Shown piece after piece: positions 20,539 through 30,581 of a DNA stretch of 64,000 nucleotides; within the stretch, counting starts at the first letter, position 1, and each line of letters starts with the position of its first letter. The notes beneath the pieces are model-generated. The model did not search any database. It was given only the letters and a program-made list of their open reading frames with translations, and was not told where the DNA came from. The stretch is taken from the NCBI GenBank assembly GCA_963708075.1, contig OY970194.1, forward strand, positions 1,824,001-1,888,000, written 5' to 3'. Origin of the DNA: Sedimentisphaerales bacterium (GTDB lineage: Bacteria > Planctomycetota > Phycisphaerae > Sedimentisphaerales > Anaerobacaceae). The position numbers and the translations under genes were made by a program.

Positions 20539-21747
20539 TTACTTCGATGTGGGGGCCGGCTGGGCCGCTTTGCCTGGTTCCGTCCCCTGCTTTGTGCCGC
20601 TCTCAAAGGGGACTTCTTTGACGGCAGCACCAGGACGCACTTTCTGCATACCCTCTACGACCACCCGGTCGCCGGGCATCAGACCCGTCGAGACGAGCCA
20701 CTGGTCGCCGATGGCTCGGTCAAGGCTGAGCATCCGTTGTTCAACCTTGCCCTCGCCACCTACGACCAGGGCCATCGGATTGCCTCTCGGATCGCGCGAC
20801 ACCGCTTGTTGGGGAATCAGGATGGCCTGTTCATTGACGCCTTCCTTCGCGACCCCACGGACGAACATGCCCGGCAGGAGGATGCCGTCCGGATTCGGGA
20901 ACACCGCCCGGAGAATCACGGAACCCGTCATCGGATCCACAGAAATATCCCGGAACTGGAGCGTACCGTCCAAAGGATAAAGAGTACCGTCTTCCAGTTT
21001 GAGCTGCACCTTGTTCTGGTCGGTCCCGTCGCGGTTGAGGCTTTTCTCCTTCAGGCGCTGCTGTAAACGCAGCAACTCGGCCGTGGATTGAGGTACATCG
21101 ACGTAGATGGGGTCCAATTGCTGAATCGTGGCCAAAGGCACGGGCTGATAGGCTGTCACGATGGCACCGTCCGTCACGGTGGATCTGCCAATGCGCCCGG
21201 AGATCGGCGAAACGACCCGTGCATAGGCAAGGTTGATGCTTGCCGTCTCTACCGTGGCGCGCCAGAACAGGACATCGGCCTCCGCCTGTTTCAGGGCGGC
21301 ATTCGCATCGTCGAGGGCCTGCTGACTGACCGCTCTGTCGACCACGGCCTCCTTGAAGCGGTCGGCCTTCAACTGAATGGCGGGCAGAGTGGCCTCGGCC
21401 CGACCCAGGGCGGCCTTGGCATTGTTGAGTACCGCCTGGAAGGGGGCGGGATCGATCTGGTAGAGTTCCTGGCCGGCCTGAACATCGGAACCTTCCGTGA
21501 ACAGACGTTTCTGTATGAGGCCGTTGACCTGAGGCCGGATCTCCGCAACGCGATACGCAGATGTGCGCCCCGGCAATTCCGTGGTCAGCACGACCTGTCG
21601 CGGCTGAACTGTCATGACAGCAACTTCGGGGACAGGGGGCGGGGGCGCAGCTTGCTGCCGGCGGTCGCAGCTACTCGGCAAGAGACCGCCAACCAGGAAC
21701 GTCGAAACGAGCATCGCTCTAACCACCAACCTTGCACGGAATTCCAT
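20539..21747 (-). CDS. RND periplasmic adaptor (AcrA/MexA family)
   Basis: ELPGRTSAYRVAEIRPQV, SPISGRIG, LLPGMFVR. Confidence 0.96.
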   Translation of the reverse strand: MEFRARLVVRAMLVSTFLVGGLLPSSCDRRQQAAPPPPVPEVAVMTVQPRQVVLTTELPGRTSAYRVAEIRPQVNGLIQKRLFTEGSDVQAGQELYQIDPAPFQAVLNNAKAALGRAEATLPAIQLKADRFKEAVVDRAVSQQALDDANAALKQAEADVLFWRATVETASINLAYARVVSPISGRIGRSTVTDGAIVTAYQPVPLATIQQLDPIYVDVPQSTAELLRLQQRLKEKSLNRDGTDQNKVQLKLEDGTLYPLDGTLQFRDISVDPMTGSVILRAVFPNPDGILLPGMFVRGVAKEGVNEQAILIPQQAVSRDPRGNPMALVVGGEGKVEQRMLSLDRAIGDQWLVSTGLMPGDRVVVEGMQKVRPGAAVKEVPFESGTKQGTEPGKAAQPAPTSK

Positions 21748-21862
21748 CAGGAACCTCCAAGAATCTCCACGAAGTCAACTGCCTTCAACAACTGAGGGGC
21801 TAATCATAGTCTCAGTCAAAAGCAGAATCACCAGAAATGCTATCGGGGGCATCGACAGGGTG

Positions 21863-22495
21863 TTATACGTCACGGCTGTCTCCCGACGATTTCGAAATCC
21901 CCCTGAAGAACACGGCCTCGACCTTATTGAGGTCCTCCCGTAAATCTATCCCCTGTGGATCGGCGAGGATCATCGATTCCAGCGTGGCCTGCAAGCATTT
22001 CGCCGCGATGAGCGGATCGATGTTGTTGAACAACCCCTTGCGAACACCCGCCGCAATCACGTCCGAGAGCCGGGAGATCACCTGCTCGTCGATCTCCTTC
22101 TTCTTGGCCTCGACTTTCGGTCCGGGCAGATACCGTCCGCGGCTCTCCAGCAGGTACAATTGGATAGCCACCGCCTGCTCCACGGCGATCCGCTCGTGAA
22201 CCCGGATGAATCGAGCCAGCTTCTCTCCCTCGTCGCCGGGACCGTCCAGCGCGTCCAGAACCAAAGCGATGCTCTCCTCAGCACAGGACACCAGCACCTC
22301 GAAGAACAGGTCCTCCTTGCTCGGAAAGAAGTTGTACAGGGTCCCCGTGGCGAACTCCGCCGCTTTCGCGATTTCCTGCATGGAGACGTTGTAGAATCCC
22401 CGCTCCGCGAACAGGCGCAGCGCCGCCGAGAGAATCTCCTCACGGTGCCGCAAGCGCTCACGCTCTTTTCGCGGTGGTTTTGCCGCAGGCATCAT
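21863..22495 (-). CDS. TetR/AcrR family regulator
   Basis: ILSAALRLFAERGF...IAKAAEFATGTLYNFFPSKEDLF HTH; lies upstream of the efflux genes. Confidence 0.93.
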   Translation of the reverse strand: MMPAAKPPRKERERLRHREEILSAALRLFAERGFYNVSMQEIAKAAEFATGTLYNFFPSKEDLFFEVLVSCAEESIALVLDALDGPGDEGEKLARFIRVHERIAVEQAVAIQLYLLESRGRYLPGPKVEAKKKEIDEQVISRLSDVIAAGVRKGLFNNIDPLIAAKCLQATLESMILADPQGIDLREDLNKVEAVFFRGISKSSGDSRDV

Positions 22496-22562
22496 ACATA
22501 GGTCTCCACATCGCAACACACAGTAGCCGAACCTGTGTTCTTTCCTTTGACGATGGGTTCGG

Positions 22563-22591
22563 ATTATGAATAGCAGTTCATCCGATTGCAA
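22563..22591 (-). promoter_or_regulatory. tetR promoter with a palindromic operator candidate
   Basis: TTGCAA-17 nt-CATAAT on the minus strand; ATGAA-N6-TTCAT palindrome (22566-22581) overlaps the spacer and -10. Confidence 0.55.
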
Positions 22592-22764
22592 GACCTTTCT
22601 GCTCACATCCCACAAATTCTCCGCATGCCTGGTGCTACGGTTTGGCTACTTCGACGAAAAGTCTGTGTCACACAAGGCGACAGTTGCCTTGCCTCAAATT
22701 GCCGGGTAAGATTGGGGTGAACCGAAGGTACACATCGGCTGACCTGCTAGTTTTTGGGCATTAT

Positions 22765-23886
22765 ATGGTGCGTTCTTCGCTGACCGTCTGGGCACTACTG
22801 CTGCTTCTGCTCGGCATGAGCGGTTGCCAGAGTACGAGCACCCTGGTGGGAGCGGTGGCGTGCCAAGGGCTCAGCCGGCCTGCGAAATCCGGCTCGCCGG
22901 AAGAATGGACCTTCCGGGGCCTCGATGCCAGGATCGCGCCGCGAATCCGGCCGGGGTCCTATCCCACCGCGAGCCATGCCGTGCGATTCATAGGGCTCGA
23001 AGACTTGGGATCGCACCGGTACTGGCTCGATGGGGCAGAGGGCAACGGCATCCTATACACCTGTCATGCCGGGCACATTGACATTGCCCATGTGCGCAAA
23101 GCGGCCGATTGGACTGGCTTTCTCGCGGCCCTGACATTCGAGCACCTTCGCCGGCAGCAGACAACGTTCCTATTCAAGTCGAGAGAGCCTTCACGCTACT
23201 TCGTGGAACTGACGTACCCGCGAGACTGGGATTCTCGGCCCATCGCCGAGAAGGAGCGTGTGGCACGCGACGTCTCACGGCAACTCGGACAGTATCTCGC
23301 CTTCACGGCGATGACCTGGCATGAGATGCTCACCTGGTTTGACTTCAGGCCCAAGGCATACGAGTCGGACTTCCAGTCGGCCTTCTCCTGGGAGGACAGC
23401 TACTCGAACCTGCTCGGAACGTGTGTCGGGGTGGCGGCCCTGCAGGACCAGGAGCGCACGTTCAGTGACGCCGTGACGCTGGTTCTGCGAGAGCAGCTTG
23501 AATTGCTCGGCCCGCAGCCGGCGGCCGTATCCAGACAGGCCTCCGAGTCAGTTCGGGGCGATTGGTACTCTACGCGGTGGTTTAGCCAGGTGATCCGCAA
23601 AAGGAACTTCGACATCGGTCTGGATGATGGCCAGGTCACGCCCTGCCTCTTGCGTTCCGTGTCTGCCTGTGAAGACGCTGAGACTCGCCCCTTGACGGTT
23701 CCCACGCTCGATGGGCTGACGCAATATGGCTTCTCGGCACGCGTGACGATCGAGCCGCGAGTGTGGGAAGCGGGCAAGATTTTCAAGACCCTGTACGGCG
23801 ACCGCAGGCCCGCGACAAGAAGGCTGGACCCGAGCGTCCACTTCGCCCTGCTCATCGATCGCATGAAACAAGCCAGTTCCTACTGA
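22765..23886 (+). CDS. DUF4056-family lipoprotein
   Basis: Lipobox MSGC; GILYTCHAGHIDIAHVR, WHEMLTW, SAFSWEDSYSNLLG. Confidence 0.75.
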   Translation: MVRSSLTVWALLLLLLGMSGCQSTSTLVGAVACQGLSRPAKSGSPEEWTFRGLDARIAPRIRPGSYPTASHAVRFIGLEDLGSHRYWLDGAEGNGILYTCHAGHIDIAHVRKAADWTGFLAALTFEHLRRQQTTFLFKSREPSRYFVELTYPRDWDSRPIAEKERVARDVSRQLGQYLAFTAMTWHEMLTWFDFRPKAYESDFQSAFSWEDSYSNLLGTCVGVAALQDQERTFSDAVTLVLREQLELLGPQPAAVSRQASESVRGDWYSTRWFSQVIRKRNFDIGLDDGQVTPCLLRSVSACEDAETRPLTVPTLDGLTQYGFSARVTIEPRVWEAGKIFKTLYGDRRPATRRLDPSVHFALLIDRMKQASSY

Positions 23887-25070
23887 CTCAGCCACTTCTC
23901 CATCCGGTCGAGACCTTTGGTAATCTGCTCCATGGAGCAGGCAAAGCTCAGACGGACATTCGCATCACAGCCGAAAGGCAAACCAGGCACGACGCCGACA
24001 TTGGCCTGTTCCAGCAAAGCCTTGGCAAAGCTATCGCTGCCGGTGATCTTGAGCCCGCCTATGGTCCGGCCGTAGTGAGCCGACACGTCAGGGAAGCAGT
24101 AGAACGCACCCGTCGGCTCGGTGCATTCGACGTCCTTCATGGCCCGCAGGCGGTCGGTCATGTACCGGGCACGCTTTTCAAACTCGACCCGCATCTTCTC
24201 GATAGTACCCGCCGACTGGGGCCCCATCGCCGCGATAGCAGCGTACTGGGCGAACGTCACCGGATTCGACGTCATATGGTCCTGCAGCCGACTCATCGCC
24301 TTGATGACCTCCACAGGTCCTGCCGTGTAGCCGAGACGCCAGCCTGTCATCGAGTACGTCTTGCTCAAGCCATTCAGTGTCAGCGTTCGCTTATACGCAT
24401 CCTCGCTCAACGCCGCGAAGCTGATGAACTTCGTGTCGCCATAGATGAGCTTCTCGTAGATCTCATCCGACATTACGCAGACATTCGTGCCTTCGAGGGC
24501 CTTGGCCAGTGCCCGCAGCTCATCGGGAGTATAGCTGAAGCCGCCGGGATTGTTCGGCGAGTTCAGCACGAGCATGGCCGTCTTGCCCGTGATCGCCTTC
24601 TTCAACTGCTCGGGCGTGATCTTGTAGCTGTTCTTCTTGTTCGTCTCCATGATCTTGACGGTGGCGCCGGCCAGTTTGGCCGCCTCGGGATACGTCACCC
24701 AGAAAGGCGCAGGCAGGAGCACCTCATCGCCCGGGTCGAGCACGGCTTGCATCGCCTCGTACACGGAGTGCTTGCCGCCGATGTTGACGACGATCTGCTC
24801 GGGGGCATACTTCAGGCCGTTCTCCGTCTCAAGCTTCTTCGCGATGGCCGCCTTCAACTCCGGGATGCCGGACGCAGGCGTGTACTTCGTCTTGCCCTCT
24901 TTCAGGGCCTTGATCGCAGCTTCCTTGATGTAGTCCGGCGTATCGAAATCCGGCTCGCCGGCCCCGAAACCCACGACATCCTTGCCCTGGGCCTTGAGTT
25001 CTTTGGCCCTGTTGGTTACGGCCAATGTCGCCGACGGTGGAACACTCTGTGCCCTGTGACTGACCTTCAT
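23880..25070 (-). CDS. PLP-dependent class I/II aminotransferase (aspartate aminotransferase-like)
   Basis: GEPDFDTP, NSPNNP, SDEIY, GLSKTYSMTGWRLGY. Confidence 0.95.
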   Translation of the reverse strand: MKVSHRAQSVPPSATLAVTNRAKELKAQGKDVVGFGAGEPDFDTPDYIKEAAIKALKEGKTKYTPASGIPELKAAIAKKLETENGLKYAPEQIVVNIGGKHSVYEAMQAVLDPGDEVLLPAPFWVTYPEAAKLAGATVKIMETNKKNSYKITPEQLKKAITGKTAMLVLNSPNNPGGFSYTPDELRALAKALEGTNVCVMSDEIYEKLIYGDTKFISFAALSEDAYKRTLTLNGLSKTYSMTGWRLGYTAGPVEVIKAMSRLQDHMTSNPVTFAQYAAIAAMGPQSAGTIEKMRVEFEKRARYMTDRLRAMKDVECTEPTGAFYCFPDVSAHYGRTIGGLKITGSDSFAKALLEQANVGVVPGLPFGCDANVRLSFACSMEQITKGLDRMEKWLSQ

Positions 25071-25311
25071 TGTGCGCAGCCCTTTCCAATGCATAGCCCG
25101 TAGTCTGGAGTCTTCGGTCTGCCGTTGGCGGCCCGTGGGCGAGTTCCCGCAGGCTCCGGCCTTTTACCGTCAGACCAAATCTGCGGCATATGTATGCGAA
25201 ACGGCTGCCCTCGTCAAGGGAAATCAACACATCAGGAAGAAGTGCGGAGTATAGAGTTCCCGGATTGAGTTCCGGGTCGCAGCAACCTCGGGGGAATCCT
25301 CGGCATTAAGA

Positions 25312-28245
25312 CTACTGCCAGAGAACTACGACATAAACGCGATCCACGAACGTCGCTTTCTGGCCGTTGTTCTTGACCTGCACCTGAATGCTATTGATAC
25401 GTTCCGGCGTGCTGGCCAGACCATTCAGATCCCATGCGACAGTCCCTTTGTTGCGCTGCCCGTCGTACACGGAAGGAGTGAGGGACACCCAGGAAGACGG
25501 ACTGGCCGGCCAGCCTGTGCCCACCTTCCATTCCAGCTTGCCGGACCCGAATTGCGATTCCTCGAAGTGCCTGACGTACAGGACGACCGATGAGATCTTG
25601 GCGCCCTCCGGAATGGACACTTTCGAGAAATCGAACACCGTGAAAGCCCCTCCCGGGATCTGGCACGCCTCGTCGTCCGCAGCCTGGATCCGTTGCAGGT
25701 CGCCGGCGGAGAGCTTCTTCTGGCTGCTCTGATCGTAGCCGCCCGATACAGTCAGGATCGTCTTCTCAGGCGTACGGGGCCCCACTGTGACATCGAAGGA
25801 CTGCCTGCCTGAGGCCGGTGTCGCGCTGTTATCCACGACTTCCACCACGACGTTGTGGGTTCCCATCTGGGCCTCGGTCGGAACCCACTGGATCGACCCG
25901 CTGGCGGGATCCAGAGACATCCCCTGCGGCTTTTCGATCAAGGCGTAGGTCAGTGCATCTCCCTCATCGGGATCCGTCGCATCGACATCGTAGGTGTACT
26001 GCCGGCCCGCTACCGCGGAAGTCACCGGCTCAGAGCCGATCAGAGGCGCATCATTGGCCCGGCCGACCTGAACGGTCAGCGTGGCGCTGACGGTTCCGCC
26101 TTTGCCGTCACGGACTTCATAGGTGAACGCATCGGTGCCGTTGAAATTCGCTTTGGGGACGTATCGCAGGTTGGGCGCGGCCCCTTCCAGAGTCCCATTT
26201 GCCGGACCCTTCGTGACAACGTACGTGAGCTTATCCTTGTCCGCATCGGTCGCCGCCAGCGTGATGGCCACCGGCGCATCTTCCTGCGTCGTCATGGTCC
26301 CTTCCCCGGCCACCGGCGGTCTGTTCAGGTGAACGACCTCCATCGCCACGGCGGCGGGGCTGGAGTCTATCGTGCCGTCATTCACTTTGAACGTGAGACT
26401 GTCCGGACCGACGAAACCACTTTGAGGCGTGTAGACGAGTTTCCCATCGCTGGCAAACTGAGGGCCGGGCGCGAGCGTGCCGTGCTTCGGCTGATTGACG
26501 ATGCTGAACCTCAGCCGGTCGTCGTCAGCATCGCTGGCTTTCAACGTGATGGCCATCGACTTGCTGTCTTCCACCTGAACGGACTGGACGGTGGCGACAG
26601 GGACGTCGTTCTTGGCGGTGACCGTAATGGAAACCGTGGCCGGCTCGCTATCCACCCTGCCGTCATTGGCAATGAAGGTGAAGCTGTCGGGGCCACTGTA
26701 ATTCGCTGCGGGACGATAGACCACCTCGGGCAGGGTCCCGCTCAATTGGCCATGCGACGGATCCTGCACGACGTGGTAAGTCAGATGGTCGCGGTTCCGA
26801 TCTCTTGCCGCCAGGGTGGCCGTCAGCGGCGTGTCTTCCTGCGTGACCAGTCTGGCCGGGGTGGCGATCGGCGCTCCGTTTATCAAACCCAGGCCGGCGA
26901 TCACGCCCACCGTTACCAGGACGAGAACAACCGCCACCGTCAAACCGAGAAGGATTCGTCTGCCCTTTCCCTGCCAGCGACCCACGGGTTCAGAAGATGG
27001 CACAAGGAATCCGGCACCGCGTGCTGCCATTGTGGCCACGCGCGGCTCAGGAGCCTTCGGTCCCTCCTGATCAGATCGCGGCTGTCCGACGGGGGTAGAC
27101 GGCAAGGGAGATGCCGCATGTGAAGGAGCATTCGCCCATTGAGGCTCAACCGTCTTGCCTGTCGTTTGCTCAGCCGGTCGCTTAGCCCCGGCAAGAGATC
27201 GCTTGCGGGGTTTGGCCGGCACGCGGGCCTTTGGCAGCTTGTGACTGCGAGGTTTCGACGCCGCGGACCTTGATCGCTGCGCCGAGGCATCGCCAAGGGC
27301 CCTGCGCCTTGCGGCGGCAGGTCTCTCAGGAGCAGGAGCCTGTGAGTCTTCAAAAACATCAGGATGTACGACGTCAGGTGCAGCGGCAGCGGACAACTGG
27401 ACAGACTCCGCCTGTCCCAAGCCCAGGGCATTCCGGGCCATCGCAGCCACTTCCAGGAGCGCCTCCTCCTCCATCGGCTCTCCCTCCTGGCCGATCAATT
27501 CTTCGGCCAGTTTCCGGTACTCGGCGGCGGCGACGCAGGAAGGCGCATACGTGAGAGCCGCCTGGCCTGCCGCCAGCGACTCCGCCAAGACAACCGTACG
27601 GTGAATGACTGTCTTGAGAACCAGGTCCCCGAACAGCTCATGCATCTGCCGCCGGGTCCGCTTGCTCAACGCGCCCTTGTCCTCTACATAGGTCATCACA
27701 AGCCGAAGATTTCCCGCGCAGTAGCGATGGAACCGCTGCCGGATGATCAGGACGGTCTCGAGCAGCCGCTGCGCGCACGTCAGTGCGTAGGAATCCGCCT
27801 GGATCGGAACGATCACATCCGTGCTGGCGACCAGCGCGTTGAGCGTCAGCACGCCCAGAGAAGGCGGACAATCGATTACACATACCTCGTAATTGTCGCG
27901 TACCGTCCTGAACGCCCGCGCTATACGCAGTTCCCTGCCGGGCTTGCCGAGCAAATTCATCTCTGCCGCCGCAAGCGAGACATTGCTTGGCACCAGGTCA
28001 AGCTGCTCTATATGCGTTTGCACAACGACGGCGGACAGGGGGATCTCGGTGCTCATCAGCGGATGATATACGGTTGCAGCGGCAGCGTCCGGCTCGCCAT
28101 AGAGAGCCTGAGTCGCGCACGCCTGCGGATCAAGATCGACAAGCAGTGCCTTGTAGCCCATTTGAACCAGGGCCGCCGCGAGGTTGACGGCAGTCGTCGT
28201 CTTGCCACAGCCGCCCTTTTGGTTCGCTATTGCTATTGTTCTCAT
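25312..28245 (-). CDS. ParA/Soj-family ATPase fused to a linker, a TM helix and tandem Ig/cadherin-like domains
   Basis: NQKGGCGKTTT, DLDPQ, IDCPPSLG; TM ILLGLTVAVVLVLVTVGVIAGLGL; three P.HG.L...Y.P...F.G.D.F.F repeats plus a putative-Ig domain. Confidence 0.85.
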   Translation of the reverse strand: MRTIAIANQKGGCGKTTTAVNLAAALVQMGYKALLVDLDPQACATQALYGEPDAAAATVYHPLMSTEIPLSAVVVQTHIEQLDLVPSNVSLAAAEMNLLGKPGRELRIARAFRTVRDNYEVCVIDCPPSLGVLTLNALVASTDVIVPIQADSYALTCAQRLLETVLIIRQRFHRYCAGNLRLVMTYVEDKGALSKRTRRQMHELFGDLVLKTVIHRTVVLAESLAAGQAALTYAPSCVAAAEYRKLAEELIGQEGEPMEEEALLEVAAMARNALGLGQAESVQLSAAAAPDVVHPDVFEDSQAPAPERPAAARRRALGDASAQRSRSAASKPRSHKLPKARVPAKPRKRSLAGAKRPAEQTTGKTVEPQWANAPSHAASPLPSTPVGQPRSDQEGPKAPEPRVATMAARGAGFLVPSSEPVGRWQGKGRRILLGLTVAVVLVLVTVGVIAGLGLINGAPIATPARLVTQEDTPLTATLAARDRNRDHLTYHVVQDPSHGQLSGTLPEVVYRPAANYSGPDSFTFIANDGRVDSEPATVSITVTAKNDVPVATVQSVQVEDSKSMAITLKASDADDDRLRFSIVNQPKHGTLAPGPQFASDGKLVYTPQSGFVGPDSLTFKVNDGTIDSSPAAVAMEVVHLNRPPVAGEGTMTTQEDAPVAITLAATDADKDKLTYVVTKGPANGTLEGAAPNLRYVPKANFNGTDAFTYEVRDGKGGTVSATLTVQVGRANDAPLIGSEPVTSAVAGRQYTYDVDATDPDEGDALTYALIEKPQGMSLDPASGSIQWVPTEAQMGTHNVVVEVVDNSATPASGRQSFDVTVGPRTPEKTILTVSGGYDQSSQKKLSAGDLQRIQAADDEACQIPGGAFTVFDFSKVSIPEGAKISSVVLYVRHFEESQFGSGKLEWKVGTGWPASPSSWVSLTPSVYDGQRNKGTVAWDLNGLASTPERINSIQVQVKNNGQKATFVDRVYVVVLWQ

Positions 28246-28666
28246 TTTTTGACCGAACCAGCACCAGCAACCGACACCTGCACAGGGCGCCGATCTCTGC
28301 TTTCGGACGTTTTCAGGCCTGCCTTAACTACTTTCCGTGACATCTGCGAGAACCGGCAGGAAACCACCTGAACGCAATAATAGTACGTCCGCTTTGTCCC
28401 ATCATTGTCGATCTATCACATCGCCAGGCTTGGGGCGGGCTCTTCTGAGAGCCCATGCCGGTCAGGATGCCGGGAGTGTCTCCTCACGGATGTCCTGATC
28501 CTGGGGCTCCCTGCCCGCCGCGCATGAACCCAGCGCAAGTACCGTTTGGCAGTCCCTCCATACCTCAGGGAACCCGGCCTCCATCCGTGCCGCTTGAAGT
28601 CGTGCACACAAGATGATCGAATTCATCACCCTTGGCAGTCAATCCATGTCCACGCTTGCGAGAGTC

Positions 28667-28825
28667 TCAGCCGACCAGAGGGTTCGACCAATTGCTCACA
28701 TTCGTCTCACGGATTCTCTCTGCTACGTCACGGAGCGCCCGGATGAGCGACGGCTCAACCCTGAGCCCCTCAGCCAATGCCAATTCCTGCTCCGTGTACG
28801 GCGTATGGTTCGTTCGGGGCACCAT
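28667..28825 (-). CDS. Small hypothetical protein
   Basis: MVPRTNHTPYTEQELALAEGLRVEPSLIRALRDVAERIRETNVSNWSNPLVG with GGAGG immediately upstream; alternative starts 28834 and 28852; promoter upstream. Confidence 0.4.
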   Translation of the reverse strand: MVPRTNHTPYTEQELALAEGLRVEPSLIRALRDVAERIRETNVSNWSNPLVG

Positions 28826-28918
28826 ATCCTCCATGACATGCGCCTTTCGCATTATGGTCAGGCACGGGCGGCACCTCCTGTACCGAACGTGCTCAACCTT
28901 ATACTCAATATATGCCTT

Positions 28919-28947
28919 ACCATAGCAGATTTCCCCCCTGCTGTCAA
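28919..28947 (-). promoter_or_regulatory. Sigma70 promoter facing the small ORF and the ParA fusion
   Basis: TTGACA-17 nt-TATGGT with extended TG. Confidence 0.55.
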
Positions 28948-29123
28948 GAGCATTTCGGGACATTTCCAGGTCTTTCACCGCTCCAGAGGCCAATTTCCGG
29001 CTTGACAGGCAGGCTTGCCGGCGTTTTTACTTCATTCCCGTTTGTCACGGGTGCCGCAGGCAGGGTGTGGATCGTGTGGGATCCGCCACTCCCGGCACCC
29101 GATGAGTGGGGGGCATCTGCACG

Positions 29124-30351
29124 ATGGGCAACCCATGTGGCTATGACGTGGCCGTGGTCGGCGGCGGGATCGTCGGCCTGGCCGTCGCATACAGGATCGT
29201 CAATCGCCATCCTGGACTGCATCTGTGCGTCCTGGAGAAGGAAAGCTCGCTGGCCTCCCACCAGACGGGCCACAACTCGGGCGTCATCCATTCGGGGCTC
29301 TACTATAAACCGGGGTCGGCCAAGGCCAGGATGTGCACGCAGGGACGCCGGGAGCTGATCGAGTTTGCCCGCGACCATGGCGTGCCGTTCAGGATCTGCG
29401 GCAAGATCGTCGTGGCGACCGAGGAACGCGAGATGCCCCACATGCGCAGGATTCTCGACTACGCCCGGGCCAACGGCGTTGAGGCCATCGAGGAGATCGG
29501 CCCGGAGCGAATCCGGGAAACCGAGCCGGCCTGCCGGGGAATACGCGGGCTCCACGTGCCGGGTACCGGAATTATCGACTTCACACAGGTGGCCGGAGGC
29601 TCTCTCTCAGCTTATCGGACGGGCGGGCGGGGATAACCGGATTCTGCTGAATCACGAGGTCGTGGGCTTTCAACGTAACGGCTCGGGGGCCATCGCGGTG
29701 ACCCGCCAGGGCGAGATCAGAGCGAGACTCGTGATCAACTGTGCCGGGCTCAACTGCGACCGTGTGGCTAGACTGGATGGCGTCCATCCCGGCATCCGGA
29801 TCATCCCGTTTCGCGGTGACTACTACGACCTGGCCCCGCAGGCAGCCGAGAAGGTCCGGGCTCTGATCTACCCCGTGCCGGACCCGAGATTTCCGTTCCT
29901 CGGGATTCACTATACACGCAAGATCAGCGGCACCGTCGATTGCGGCCCCAACGCGGTCTTCGCGTTCAAGCGAGAGGGATATACGAAGACATCGTTCAGC
30001 CTGAGGGACACCGCGGCCTCATTAAGCTACCCGGGGACATGGGTCCTCTTCGCCAGGAATGCTCGCTACGGCCTGCATGAGTACGCGCGAGCGATCTCCA
30101 GGCGGCTTTTCCTGCGGACGCTGCGGCGATTCATCCCCACCATCGAGCCACAGGATATTCGCCCGGGCAAGATCGGCGTCCGTGCCCAGGCCGTCGGTCC
30201 CTGGGGCCAGACCCTCGACGACTTCAAGATCGAGATCAGCGACCACGCGATCCACGTCCTCAACGCACCCTCCCCCGCCGCCACCGCGTGCCTGGCCATC
30301 GGCGACCACGTCCGCGATCTGGCCGCCAAGCACCTGGGACTACCCTCCTGA
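29124..30351 (+). CDS. lhgO: L-2-hydroxyglutarate oxidase family flavoprotein; +1 frameshift near 29596
   Basis: GGGIVGLA, HQTGHNSGVIHSGLYYKPGS, YPVPDPRFPFLGIH, GVRAQA, NAPSPAAT; the two ORFs join if one G is removed. Confidence 0.92.
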
Positions 30352-30379
30352 GAACGCACCCCCGCCGAGGTGAGAAATG

Positions 30380-30475
30380 TGGGTGGCAGCGGCAAGCGGA
30401 GCCTTCGAAGCTTGCCGATGGTGTTGACGCATATTCCACGAGCCATCGGCAAGCTGCGCTTGCCGCTGCCACCCA
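30380..30475. repeat. Nested palindromic REP-like element between convergent genes
   Basis: Perfect 19-bp outer IR (30380-30398/30457-30475) and perfect 13-bp inner IR (30409-30421/30443-30455); related copy at 56299-56344. Confidence 0.8.
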
Positions 30476-30581
30476 TCATGAGTTTTGAATCCGGAACAGC
30501 CGCGGAACTCGCTTACACACGCGTAAGCATGCCACCCTGTCTATGACGAGCCGCCCAGAAAGGCTGCCTCCCTGACCCGTG

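Noticed and set aside
28250..28660. c-di-GMP or other riboswitch in the ParA-fusion leader
   Set aside because: No recognisable consensus by eye; an Infernal/Rfam scan would be needed.
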